64,000 bases of DNA from Macrostomum lignano. Its lineage: Eukaryota. The notes under the pieces are model-generated. The model worked only from the letters and a program-made list of their open reading frames with translations, was not told the DNA's origin and did not search any database. Below are positions 46,501 to 57,200 of this stretch, piece after piece. Position 1 is the first letter of the stretch. Each line of letters opens with the position of its first letter. A program made the translations under genes and the position numbers. The stretch lies in the NCBI GenBank assembly GCA_002269645.1, contig NIVC01002506.1, positions 62,001-126,000 of the forward strand. The letters run 5' to 3'.

Positions 46501-47061
46501 GAGGCGGTGAGGGGTAGATGACGGCGTCTTCATTCATTAAACTGGAAAAAGTCAAACGTTTAAGCCGCATACCTTCAAGTCGACCTCGCGAGCAGTGAGT
46601 TCCTGCCAGAGTGGCTCGCACCGCACTGCAGCCACCAATGCCTCCTCATTTTTCTCAGCCACATCATCATCATCTTCAGCTGCAGCAGCATGCAGGAGAT
46701 CCAGGCAGATGGTGAGGGCAGCCTGCCACTCTTCAGGGTTGCGGCGAGCCAAGCTGATCAGGGTTGGCTTTTGTGCATACGGCTTGGCCTCGCCGCTTCC
46801 ATCTGGCTTCTTGCTGCCCTCTTTGGGTATGAAGCTTATGCGATCAGCAATTTTAGGCTGAAGGATATCTCCATAGCCAGTGAGATTTGAGTAGTGAAAA
46901 TGGTAGTCACTGATTTCATTATATTCGGAGTTCTCTTTGCCAATTCCAGGCTCCTTGCTTTGGCGCTGCTTGACTTTGATGAATCCAAATTTTTTATGAG
47001 GGAAAATTCTAACAATGGACCCAGTAGCACTGCTACTAGGGCCTATATTGTCTGGCTCCAT
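31520..47061 (-). CDS. ZNFX1-like: ZNFX1-like SF1 (UPF1-like) helicase with N-terminal cold-shock domain, NF-X1-type zinc fingers, PARP catalytic domain and degenerate PARP-like domain; 13 exons, about 1827 aa
   Basis: Exons 47061-46573, 46129-45624, 45334-44933, 43778-43217, 42413-42138, 41825-41571, 39349-39044, 38564-38275, 37864-37440, 36726-36053, 35098-34698, 33753-33566, 32229-31520, all GT-AG and in phase. Motifs [55 protein letters not shown]; PARP FHGT, GIYFA, NDEFVVF. Confidence 0.9.
32240..33500. repeat. Intronic 41-bp minisatellite, about 29 copies
   Basis: GAGATTCTCATGCTGAACTGAGACTCTCAGGCTAGAGTAG(G/A), nearly homogeneous. Confidence 0.97.
33870..34660. repeat. Intronic 56/57-bp alternating minisatellite (113-bp dimer)
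   Basis: TATAAAATCCTATGAA(AT/GC)GTTTGCATTTCTACTGAAAGTA(A/G)AGTGATTCGAACATC. Confidence 0.95.
35190..36035. repeat. Intronic GCAGGTGAGAT-based repeat
   Basis: Irregular array of about 10-16-bp units. Confidence 0.9.
36830..37380. repeat. Intronic TCTGTCAC(T)-based repeat
   Basis: TCTGTCACTCTCATT / TCTGTCACTTCTATC 15-bp units. Confidence 0.9.
37900..38250. repeat. Intronic GGGATCAGGATG repeat
   Basis: 12-bp units with variants. Confidence 0.9.
38620..38960. repeat. Intronic GGGATCTCTGAGGATCTG(A/G)AT 21-bp repeat
   Basis: Visible tandem units. Confidence 0.85.
39365..40573 (+). mobile_element. Internally deleted LTR retrotransposon (Gypsy-like): one LTR, tRNA-Leu PBS, terminal LTR remnant
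   Basis: TG at 39365, CA at 40510 and 40573, 4-bp TSD ATAG (39361-64, 40574-77). PBS TGGTGGCAGCGGTGGGATTC at 40512-31 is complementary to the tRNA-Leu 3' end. TATA near 39888. Confidence 0.85.
40912..41170 (+). mobile_element. tRNA-derived SINE with Nin/Deu-like central domain
   Basis: A-box-like TGCATGTAGTGG, B box GTTCGATTCC, CAGTTTACCCAGTTGTAAAATGGG core, (ATT)n tail. Confidence 0.75.
42440..43160. repeat. Intronic TGTCACTGA-based repeat with ~120-bp higher-order duplication
   Basis: GTGTCACTGA(T/C)T units; the block beginning TGTCTCACCGATGTG recurs three times. Confidence 0.9.
43858..44880. repeat. Intronic 34-bp minisatellite
   Basis: ATCAGAGATCCCATCATGCAGGTGTTAATCCCTA. Confidence 0.95.
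45420..45615. repeat. Intronic (GACA)n microsatellite
   Basis: Direct reading. Confidence 0.97.
46135..46515. repeat. Intronic G-rich GGGGTGGAGGC(G/A)GTGA repeat
   Basis: 16/19-bp units with G4-compatible G tracts. Confidence 0.9.
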
Positions 47062-47417
47062 TCACATGAAGTTAAGGATAGAATATTAATTTTTTATTGA
47101 GAGAAATCAATTTAAAAAAGATTATAAAAATAAAATACAAGATAAATTATTTCCTAGGAATATAAGCAAGTTTAAAATAAGGCTTTACATATAAAAATGT
47201 TCATTAATTTCTTATTTATATTATACCATACTCTAGTTTATACAATAGTATTATTTTTTATAACTGATTACATTAAAATTTTGTTTAAATATACAAATAC
47301 TAAACCTTAATACCTATTTGAAATGACAAAAATTAATAAATAATGAAGTAATGAAAAATTACTTTAAACTTGTTTCATAATAAACATAGTTTCAAATATA
47401 TTATTACAAAGGTAATA

Positions 47418-47590
47418 TCATACATGCGCAACCTTGGGAATCACCCGGCCATTTCTATTGGCAACACACACATGTAAGTTGCTATTGGCTGAGAGCAGTC
47501 ACGTGACTACTATTCTGTCCCATAGCAACTTACATGTATGTGTTGCCAATAGAAACGGCCAAGTGAATCCCAAGTTTGCGCCCAAGCATG
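47418..47590. mobile_element. Foldback MITE-like element, copy 1
   Basis: About 170-bp imperfect palindrome; a near-identical inverted copy is at 49384-49557. Confidence 0.8.
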
Positions 47591-48220
47591 GATAAAATTA
47601 AAATAGTTGCTAAAACATATAAAATTTTAGCAATAAAACTCAAATGTGCAGCTCTTAACCTAAGATATATGAAAAGAGAGAGGGTATAAAAAGCAAAAAT
47701 TAAAACCCTGTGGGCTTCCTGCAGATAGCTTGCATTGGCATAGGTGTGAGCAGCAATAATTGTACCAAGATATTTCTGGCCTAGATAGCTACACCAAGAA
47801 GCAGATGATATGTAGCTGGGTCTCTCACTTCCAAGAATGGGTATAGATGTAGGTTGCAAAAGTGATTATTAGCTCTAAGACTCCCAAAAGGCACCTAGTC
47901 TTTATTAGTTGGATAAAAATTATGATAGTCATCTAGATTAGTACACTAGACTAATTTGAAAGCCTTGGCTTAGGTGGCAATTGTGTGTTCGCAATGGCAA
48001 AGGCATAGGAGTGACTGGGGGAATAAGTGCATGTGATATATGACTCATTGACTTAGATGTGAATCTGCAATATGAGTGTTTGCCATAGTTAGGAAGGTGT
48101 CCCATATTCTAGAATTTTCTGGCCTACATTAGCCCCACATAGTTCATTGGCATGCATATTTGGTACAAAAGTGGTATAAAAAGCAACTTGAAAATAGGTG
48201 CAAGTATCCTCCAGTTTCTG

Positions 48221-50040
48221 TAATTACATTACATTACATTGCAACAACGCTAGGGTCGGGGGGCGCTAGCGCGTACACAATTGCAAAAAAAGAGGGGCAG
48301 GGCAGGTCGCAGCAGTCTGGGGGTCAGTCCAATTGCCTCCAGGTCGGCAACAAGTGTCTCCGGGAGCGTCTGGGTCCGCCCTTGGCCGCGGCGGAACCAT
48401 TCGGTCGGCGGGTGCAGAACGGCCAGTCCGAGCGGGTTGTCGTCATCGCGGGCAAACCACCGCAGGCAGTGTCCCAGCAGGGCCTGGCGGCGCCGGCGGA
48501 GGGTGGCGCTGAGGGACGGAGATTTCGATCTCGCCATCAGCTGGGCCGTCGGGAGGACGGCCGGGTAGCGCACGCCCAGCGCCTTGCGCAGCAGGTTGCG
48601 GTGCATCGCGTCCAAGGCCCGCTCGCGCGTGGTTGTCATCGGGACAGCCTCCATGCCGTAGAGAAGGATCGGCTCTACGGCGGCGCGGGACAGGTGGATC
48701 TTCAGGTCGTCACGCGCTCCGGAGGTGAAGATCGGCCTGAGGTGATGCATGGCGCACAAGGCCTGGGTCTTCCTGTCCATGATGATCGCCTCTGGGCTCA
48801 TCACGAGGGTGCCTAGGTAGCGGAAGTCGCTGCACGTTGAGATGGCCTCGCCGTTGGGCAGGGTCAGCGGTGGGGCATTGTCAGCACCCACGTGCAGAAC
48901 CTCTGTCTTGCCTGCGTTAATCTGCAGGCCGATCCGAGCGCCTTCCTCGGAGAGTTGAGTAAGAGCGTGCTGAGCTGCTACAAAGTCTCGGCACAGCAGC
49001 GCGATGTCATCAGCGTAGGCGAGGGCTGGGAGCGTCACGGCAGTGTGGCGGGAGCTACTCTGAGGCGCAAGGACAAAGCTGTTGTCGTCTCGAAGGGAGC
49101 GGCGCAGGATGTAGTCAACAGCCAGAATGAAAAGCAGGGGAGATAGCGTGTCCCCTTGGAGCACCCCGGAAGTGGTATCAAACTCGACCGTAGGGCCATC
49201 GCTGGAATCAACAAATGCCTTTGAGTTGTGGTACAGGTTCATATCTGCCGTCACCAGGGTGTCGGGGATGCCGTAATGAGCCAGGAGCCAGGCTAAAGCC
49301 GTCCTGCTGACAGAGTAGAAGGCCTTCCGGAAGTCAACGAAGACGATAGACACGGCTCGACGACAAGTCTTACAGGTTTCGACACATGCTTGGGCGCAAC
49401 CTTGGGATTCACTTGGCCGTTTTTATTGGCAACACACACATGTATGTCGCTATTGGACAGAATAGTAGTCACATGACTGCTCTCAGCCAATAGCGACTTA
49501 CATGTGTGTGTTGCCAATAGAAATGGCCGGGTGATTCCCAAGGTTGCGCATGTATGTTTTGACAATACACTGAATGGCCACAATCTGCTCCATGGTGGAT
49601 CTGCCAGACCTAAAGCCGCTTTGGAGCTCGAGCAGCAGCGAGTTCAGGACAGGGAGGAGCCGATTGCGCAACACTGCGTTCAGCAGCTTTGGCAGCGTAC
49701 ACTCCAATGTGATGCCGCATTGGTTTTCAAGGCTTGTGGAGGTGCCCTTCTTTGAGATGGAGACAATTCTTGAAGTACACCAGAGGGGGGCAGCTGTAGC
49801 AGCTGGGTCGCCGCCAAGACAGCAGTACTTGTTCAGGATGCTAGTAATGCTGTCTGTAAACTCTGGCAACTGCAGAACCCTAGAAGGCACTCGGTCGACT
49901 CCATAGGCAGCGTCAGTATATATGCTCTTCAGCGCCTTGGTAGCTTTCACAGCAGTGATTGGGCCAGTGTAGAAGTTGCCATGATGGGCTAGGGTGAAGC
50001 TGGCAGAAGGGAGAAGGGGAGATGCAGAAGGGGAAAAGGG
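48221..50040 (-). mobile_element. 5'-truncated RTE-like non-LTR retrotransposon (reverse transcriptase), interrupted by a MITE
   Basis: QSGFRSGRST, FVDFRKAF, GVLQGDTLSP, YADDIALL, FRYLG. (TGTAA)n 3' tail at 48221-48243. Confidence 0.9.
49384..49557. mobile_element. Foldback MITE-like element, copy 2, inside the RT coding region
   Basis: Splits RT between ...QCIVKT and ...CRRAVSIVFVDF. Confidence 0.85.
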
Positions 50041-50769
50041 AACTAAATACATAAACAATTATTTATTGTTAGTTTCTATAACAAAAGGTGAAACATTTCA
50101 AAGAAATAGGTAAGTAGTTTAAAAGAGGAAATGGGAGTGCAAACAAAAAATGAAAATATAAATAATTGAATGTGATAATCCTATATACTAAAAATGAAAT
50201 GTCTGTAACTAACTAGCTATGCGATAGATTTCAGAAAAAATGGCTCAACCGATTTTCTTCAAACTTGCACCATTCGATCAGAAATGTTCCTGGGACGGTA
50301 CATGTATCTTGGCTAAGAAATTGCTCAATGTTAAAGGGATTAAATATTCGAAAAACATGCTTTTTTGCAAAGGTCAAGCCAAATTTTTGACTTGAAATGC
50401 ATTGTAAGAATGCTAGAGAAAAAACTGACTGGCTGAATTACGATTGTGATAAAGATTGCATCACAACAAGGTGAAAACAGTGCCACAGAAACGCACACAA
50501 GACTTCATTGAAATTGCGTAACCATATTGCTAACTTGAATTGAGACTGATACTGGCTGACTGAGAAATTGATTATGTCATAACTTTTTACTCTTACCGAC
50601 TTGCTATAAGTATTGAATTATAAGGGCCACAAGTCATGTTCTCCAATTGAAAAGAGATAGCCGGATGCAAACAGACTGGAATGCTAATGTAGCGACCTTG
50701 GTTCGAATCTTAGTGGTGAAAAATGTTTTTTTTATTAAAACACGTTAAAAAACACAAAATTCTCAACAT

Positions 50770-52960
50770 TAAAGAGCCACAATGTCAAACATTAAAGAGC
50801 CACCATGTCGAACATAAAAGAGCCACCATATCAAACATACAAGAGTTACCATTTCAAACCTAAAAGAGCCACCATGTCGAACATTAAAAAGCCACCATGT
50901 CAAACATTAAAGAGCCACAATGGCAAACATTAAAGAGACACCATTTCAAACCTAAAAGAGTTACCATGTCAAACATTAAAGAGCCGCCAGGTCAAACATA
51001 AAACAGACACCATTAAGAACATTAAAGAGCCACCATGTCGAACATTAAAGAGCCACCATGTCAAACATAAAACAGCCACCATTTCGAAAATTAAAGAGCC
51101 ACCATTTTAAACATTAAAGAGCCACCTTGTCAAATATTAAAGAGCCACAATGTCAAACATTAAAGAGCCACCTTATCAAACATTAAAGAGCCACCATGTC
51201 AAACATTAAAGAGCCACCATGTAAAACATTAAAGAGCCACCATGTCGAACATAAAAGAGGTACCATGTCAAACATTAAAGACCCACCAGGTCAAACATGA
51301 AAGTGCCACCATGTCAAATATTAAAAAGCCACCATGTCAAACATTAAAGAGCCACCAGGTCAAACATGAAAGTGCCACCAGGTCAAACATATACATGACT
51401 CCATGTCAAACATTAAAGAGCCACCATGTCGAACATAAAAGGGCCACCATGTCAAATATTAAAGAGCCACCATGTCAAACATTAAAGAGCCACCAGGTCA
51501 AACATGAAAGTGCCACCATGTAAAACATTAAAGAGCCACCATGTCAAACATTAAAGAGCCACCAGGTCAAACATATACATGACTCCATGTCAAACATTAA
51601 AGAGCCACCATGTCGAACATAAAAGGGCCACCATGTCAAATATTAAAGAGCCACCATGTCAAACATTAAAGAGCCACCAGGTCAAACATGAAAGTGCCAC
51701 CATGTAAAACATTAAAGAGCCACCATGTCGAACATTTAAGAAGCACCATGTCAAACATAAAATAGCCACCATGTGAAACATATAGGTGACTCCATGTAAA
51801 ACATTAAAGAGCTACCATACCAGACATATACATGACTCCATGTCAAACATATACGTGACTCCATGTTAGACATTTAAGAGCCACCATGTCGAACATTAAA
51901 GAGCCAACGTGTTAAAAATACAAGAGCCACCAGGTCAAACATATATATGACTCCATGTCAAACATTAAAGAGCCACCATGTCGAACATAAAAGGGCCACC
52001 ATGTCAAATATTAAAGAGCCACCATGTCAAACATTTAAGAGCCACCATGTCAAACATATACATGACTCTATGTCAAACGTTAAAGAGACACCATGTCAAA
52101 CATTACAGAGCCACCATGTCAAACATTTAAGAGCCACCAGGTCAAACATGAAAGTGCCACCATGTAAAACATTAAAGAGCCACCATGTCAAACATATACG
52201 TAACTCCATGTCAAACATTGAAGAGACCCCATGTCAAACATTAAAGAGCCACCACGTCGAACATAAAAGAGCCACCATGTAAAACATATACGTAACTCCA
52301 TGTCAAACATTGAAGCGACACCATGTCGAACATAAAAGAGCCACCATGTCGAACATTAAAGAGCCACCATGTCGAACATAAAAGAGCTACCATGTCAAAC
52401 ATTAAAGAGCCACCATGTTAAACATAAAAGAGCCATCATGTCAAACATATAAGTGACTTTATGTCGAACATTAAAGAGCCACCATGTCTAACATTAAAGA
52501 GCCACCATGTCCAACATTAAAGAGCCACCATGTCAAAAATTAAAGAGCCACCATGTCTATCATTAAAGAGCCATCATGTCAAACATTAAAGAGCTACTTT
52601 GTCTAACATTAAAGAGCCACCATGTCAAACATTAAAGAGCTACTTTGTCTAACATTAAAGAGCCACCATGTCAAACATTAAAGAGCCACCATGTCAAACA
52701 TTAAAGAGCCACCATGTCAAACATAAAAGAGCCACCTTTTTGAACATTAAAAAGCCACTTTGTAAAACATAGAAGAGCCCCCATGTCAAACATAGAAGAG
52801 CCCCCATGTCAAACATAGAAGAGCCCCCATGTCAAACATAGAAGAGCCCCCATGTCAAACATAGAAGAGCCACTATGTCAGACATTGAAAAGCCACCGTA
52901 TCAAACATAAAAGAGTTACCATGTACGAGCGTAGAACATAAAAGAGCCACCCTGTTAAAC
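50770..52960. repeat. 22-bp satellite AAGAGCCACCATGTCAAACATT
   Basis: Diverged tandem array inside element A. Confidence 0.95.
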
Positions 52961-53069
52961 ATAAAAAGATACACAATTTCAAACGTAAAAGTAAGCGAAT
53001 TTTAAAGGAGCCGCTATAATGCTAAGGAAATTGTCGCACTAGCTACTTATTGTCTGGTGGATGCTTGCT

Positions 53070-53480
53070 ATTTGGGGATGCTATCTATCTTGGGGATGCT
53101 TGCTATCTGGGGGATGCTTGCTATCTGGGGGATGCTTGCTATCTGGGGGATGCTTGCTATCTGGGGGATGCTTGCTATCTGGGGGATGCTTGCTATCTGG
53201 GGGATGCTTGCTATCTGGGGGATGCTTGCTATCTGGGGGATGCTTGCTATCTGGGGGATGCTTGCTTTCTGGGGATGCTTGCTATCTGGGGGATGCTTGC
53301 TATCTGGGGGATGCTTGCTATCTGGGGGATGCTTGCTATCTGAGGGATGCTTGCTATCTTGGGGATGCTTGCTATCTGGGGATGCTTGCAATCTGGGGGA
53401 TGCTTGCTATCTGGGGGATGCTTGCCATCTTGGGGATGCTTGCTATCTAGGGGATGCTTGCTATCTGGGGGATGCTTGCA
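53070..53480. repeat. 18-bp minisatellite CTATCTGGGGGATGCTTG
   Basis: Direct reading. Confidence 0.95.
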
Positions 53481-54259
53481 GTCTTGGGATGATTTCTTTT
53501 TGCAATGCACTTCATTTGAGCAGTTTGTCTGTTGTCTTTTTGAAGGATTTTTGGCTGTCTTTTTGTTACTTTAGAAAACAGAGATTCTATCCAGATGTCC
53601 CCCATCGGGGGGCGAAGATTGCTAGTCCTATACACTAAAAATGGTCTGTCTGTGTCTATCTATCTATCTATCTATCTATCTATGTGATCGATTAGAGAAA
53701 AAATGGCTGGACCGATTTTGTTCGAACTTGCACTGTTCGATCAGAAATTTTCCCGTGACGGTACATGCATCGTGGCTAAGAAATAGCTCGATGCTAAAGG
53801 CATTAAATATTCAAAAAACATGCTTTTTTGCAAAGGTCAAGCAAACTTTTCGACTTGAAATGCATTGTAAGAATGCTAGAGAAAAAACTGACTGGTTGAA
53901 TTCTGATTCTGAAATAGATTGCATCATAACTGAATTGTAACTCCGACTTGAATTGAAAATGCAGTGTGGAAGCGTAGCACCAGACTTGATTTAAATTGCG
54001 TAACCATATTGTTAACTGATACTGACTGACTGAGAAACTGATTATGTCATAACTGCTTCGTGTGATTTACTCTATGCTTGGATTTTAAAGTGTTGAATTA
54101 TATAAGTGAAAAATTTGATGTTATCAAAACGATGAGAGCTAGCCTAGAGGTGAACAGACTGAACTGCTAAATGCAGCGACGATGGTTCGAATTTTCATAG
54201 AGTATAATTTTTTTAATTAAAGCTTTTCAACGTCAGGAAAACTAAAAGACTTTTTAAAA

Positions 54260-57200
54260 AGAAGCGTCATGTAAAAATCATAGAAGCTTCATTTAAAAAA
54301 TCATAGAAGCGTCATGTAAAAAATCATAGAAGCGTCATGTAAAAAATCATAGAAGCGTCATGTAAACAATCATGGAAGCGTCATGTAAAAAATCATAGAA
54401 GCGTCATATAAAAATCATAGATGCGTCATTTAAAAAATCATAAAAGCGTCATGTAAAAAATCATAGAAGCGTCATGTAAACAATCATAGAAGCGTCATGT
54501 AAAAAATCGTACAAGCGTCATGTAAAATATCATAGAAGCGTCATTGAAAAAATCATAGAAGCGTCAAGTAAAAAATCATAGAAGCGTCATGTAAAAATCG
54601 TAGAAGCGTCATGAAAAAAATCGTAGAAGCGTCATGTAAACAATCATAGAAGCGTCATGTAAACAATCATAGAAGCGTCATGTAAACAATCATAGAAGCG
54701 TTTTTTTTTAAAATCATAGAAGCACCATGTAAACAATCATAGAAGCGTCATGTAAAAAATCATAGAAGCCTCATGTAAAAAATCATAGAAGCGTCATGTA
54801 AACAATCATAGAAGCGTCATGTAAACAATCATAGAAGCCTCATGTAAAAAATCATAGAAGCGTCATGTAAACAATCATAGAAGCGTCATGTAAACAATCA
54901 TAGAAGCGTCATGTAAACAATCATAGAAGCGTCATGTAAACAATCATAGAAGCGTCATGTAAAAATCATAGAAGCGTAATTTAAAAAATCATAGAAGCGA
55001 CATGTAAAAAATCATAGAAGCGTCATGTAAAAATCATAGAAGCGTCATGTAAACAATCATAGAAGCGTCATGTAAAAAATCATAGAAGCGTCATATAAAA
55101 ATCATAGATGCGTCATTTAAAAAATCATAAAAGCGTCATGTAAAAAATCATAGAAGCGTCATGTAAACAATCATAGAAGCGTCATGTAAACAATCATAGA
55201 AGCCTCATGTAAAAAATCATAGAAGCGTCATGTAAACAATCATAGAAGCGTCATGTAAACAATCATAGAAGCGTCATGTAAACAATCATAGAAGCGTCAT
55301 GTAAACAATCATAGAAGCGTCATGTAAAAATCATAGAAGCGTCATGTAAACAATCATAGAAGCGTCATGTAAAAAATCATAGAAGCGTCATATAAACAAT
55401 CATAGAAGCGTCATGTAAACAATCATGGAAGCGTCATGTAAAAAATCATAGAAGCGTCATATAAAAATCATAGATGCGTCATTTAAAAAATCATAAAAGC
55501 GTCATGTAAACAATCATAGAAGCGTCATGTAAACAATCATAGAAGCGTCATGTAAAAATCGTAGAAGCGTCATGTAAAATATCATAGAAGCGTCATTGAA
55601 AAAATCATAGAAGCGTCAAGTAAAAAATCATAGAAGCGTCATGTAAAAAATCGTAGAAGCGTCATGAAAAAAATCGTAGAAGCGTCATGTAAACAATCAT
55701 AGAAGCGTCATGTAAACAATCATAGAAGCGTCATGTAAACAATCATAGAAGCGTTTTTTTTTAAAATCATAGAAGCGCCATGTAAACAATCATAGAAGCG
55801 TCATGTAAAAAATCATAGAAGCCTCTTGTAAAAAATCATAGAAGCGTCATGTAAACAATCATAGAAGCGTCATGTAAAAAATCATAGAAGCCTCATGTAA
55901 AAAATCATAGAAGCGTCATGTAAACAATCATAGAAGCGTCATGTAAACAATCATAGAAGCGTCATGTAAACAATCATAGAAGCGTCATGTAAACAATCAT
56001 AGAAGCGTCATGTAAAAATCATAGAAGCGTAATTTAAAAAATCATAGAAGCGTCATGTAAAAAATCATAGAAGCGTCATGTAAAAATCGTAGAAGCGTCA
56101 TGTAAAAAATCGTAGAAGCGTCATGTAATAATCATAGAAGCGTCATGTAAACAATCATAGAAGCGTCATGTAAACAATCATAGAAGCGTTTTTTTAAAAA
56201 ATCATAGAAGCGCCATGTAAACAATCATAGAAGCGTCATGTAAAAAATCATAGAAGCCTCATGTAAAAATCGTACAAGCGTCATTTAAAAATCATAGAAG
56301 CGTTTTTTTTAAAAATCATAGAAGTGTCATGTAAACCGTGACGGTACATGCATCGTGGCTAAGAAATAGCTCGATGCTAAAGGCATTAAATATTCGAAAA
56401 ACATGCTTTTTTGCAAAGGTCAAGCAAACTTTTCGACTTGAAATGCATTGTAAGAATGCTAGAGAAAAAACTGACTGGTTGAATTCTGATTCTGAAATAG
56501 ATTGCATCATAACTGAATTGTAACTCCGACTTGAATTGAAAATGCAGTGTGGAAGCGTAGCACCAGACTTGATTTAAATTGCGTAACCATATTGTTGACT
56601 GATACTGACTGACTGAGAAACTGATTATGTCATAACTGCTTCGTGTGATTTACTCTATGCTTGGATTTTAAAGTGTTGAATTATATAAGTGAAAAATTTG
56701 ATGTTATCAAAACGATGAGAGCTAGCCTAGAGGTGAACAGACTGAACTGCTAAATGCAGCGACGATGGTTCGAATTTTCATAGAGTATATTTTTTTTAAT
56801 TAAAGCTTTTCAACGTCAGGAAAACTAAAAGACTTTTTAAAAAGAAGCGTCATGTAAAAATCATAGAAGCTTCATTTAAAAAATCATAGAAGCGTCATGT
56901 AAAAAATCATAGAAGCGTCATGTAAAAAATCATAGAAGCGTCATGTAAACAATCATGGAAGCGTCATGTAAAAAATCATAGAAGCGTCATATAAAAATCA
57001 TAGATGCGTCATTTAAAAAATCATAAAAGCGTCATGTAAAAAATCATAGAAGCGTCATGTAAACAATCATAGAAGCGTCATGTAAAAAATCGTAGAAGCG
57101 TCATGTAAAATATCATAGAAGCGTCATTGAAAAAATCATAGAAGCGTCAAGTAAAAAATCATAGAAGCGTCATGTAAAAAATCGTAGAAGCGTCATGAAA

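Larger units (their letters stand above)
50179..53625 (+). mobile_element. Non-autonomous Helitron-like element A
   Basis: 5' A|TCCTATATACTAAAAATG, ACCGATTTT motif, 3' hairpin CCCC-ATC-GGGG then TTGCTAG. Confidence 0.75.

Noticed and set aside
54133-54200. Functional tRNA gene
   Set aside because: Anticodon and T arms pair poorly and it is part of a repeated TE module.
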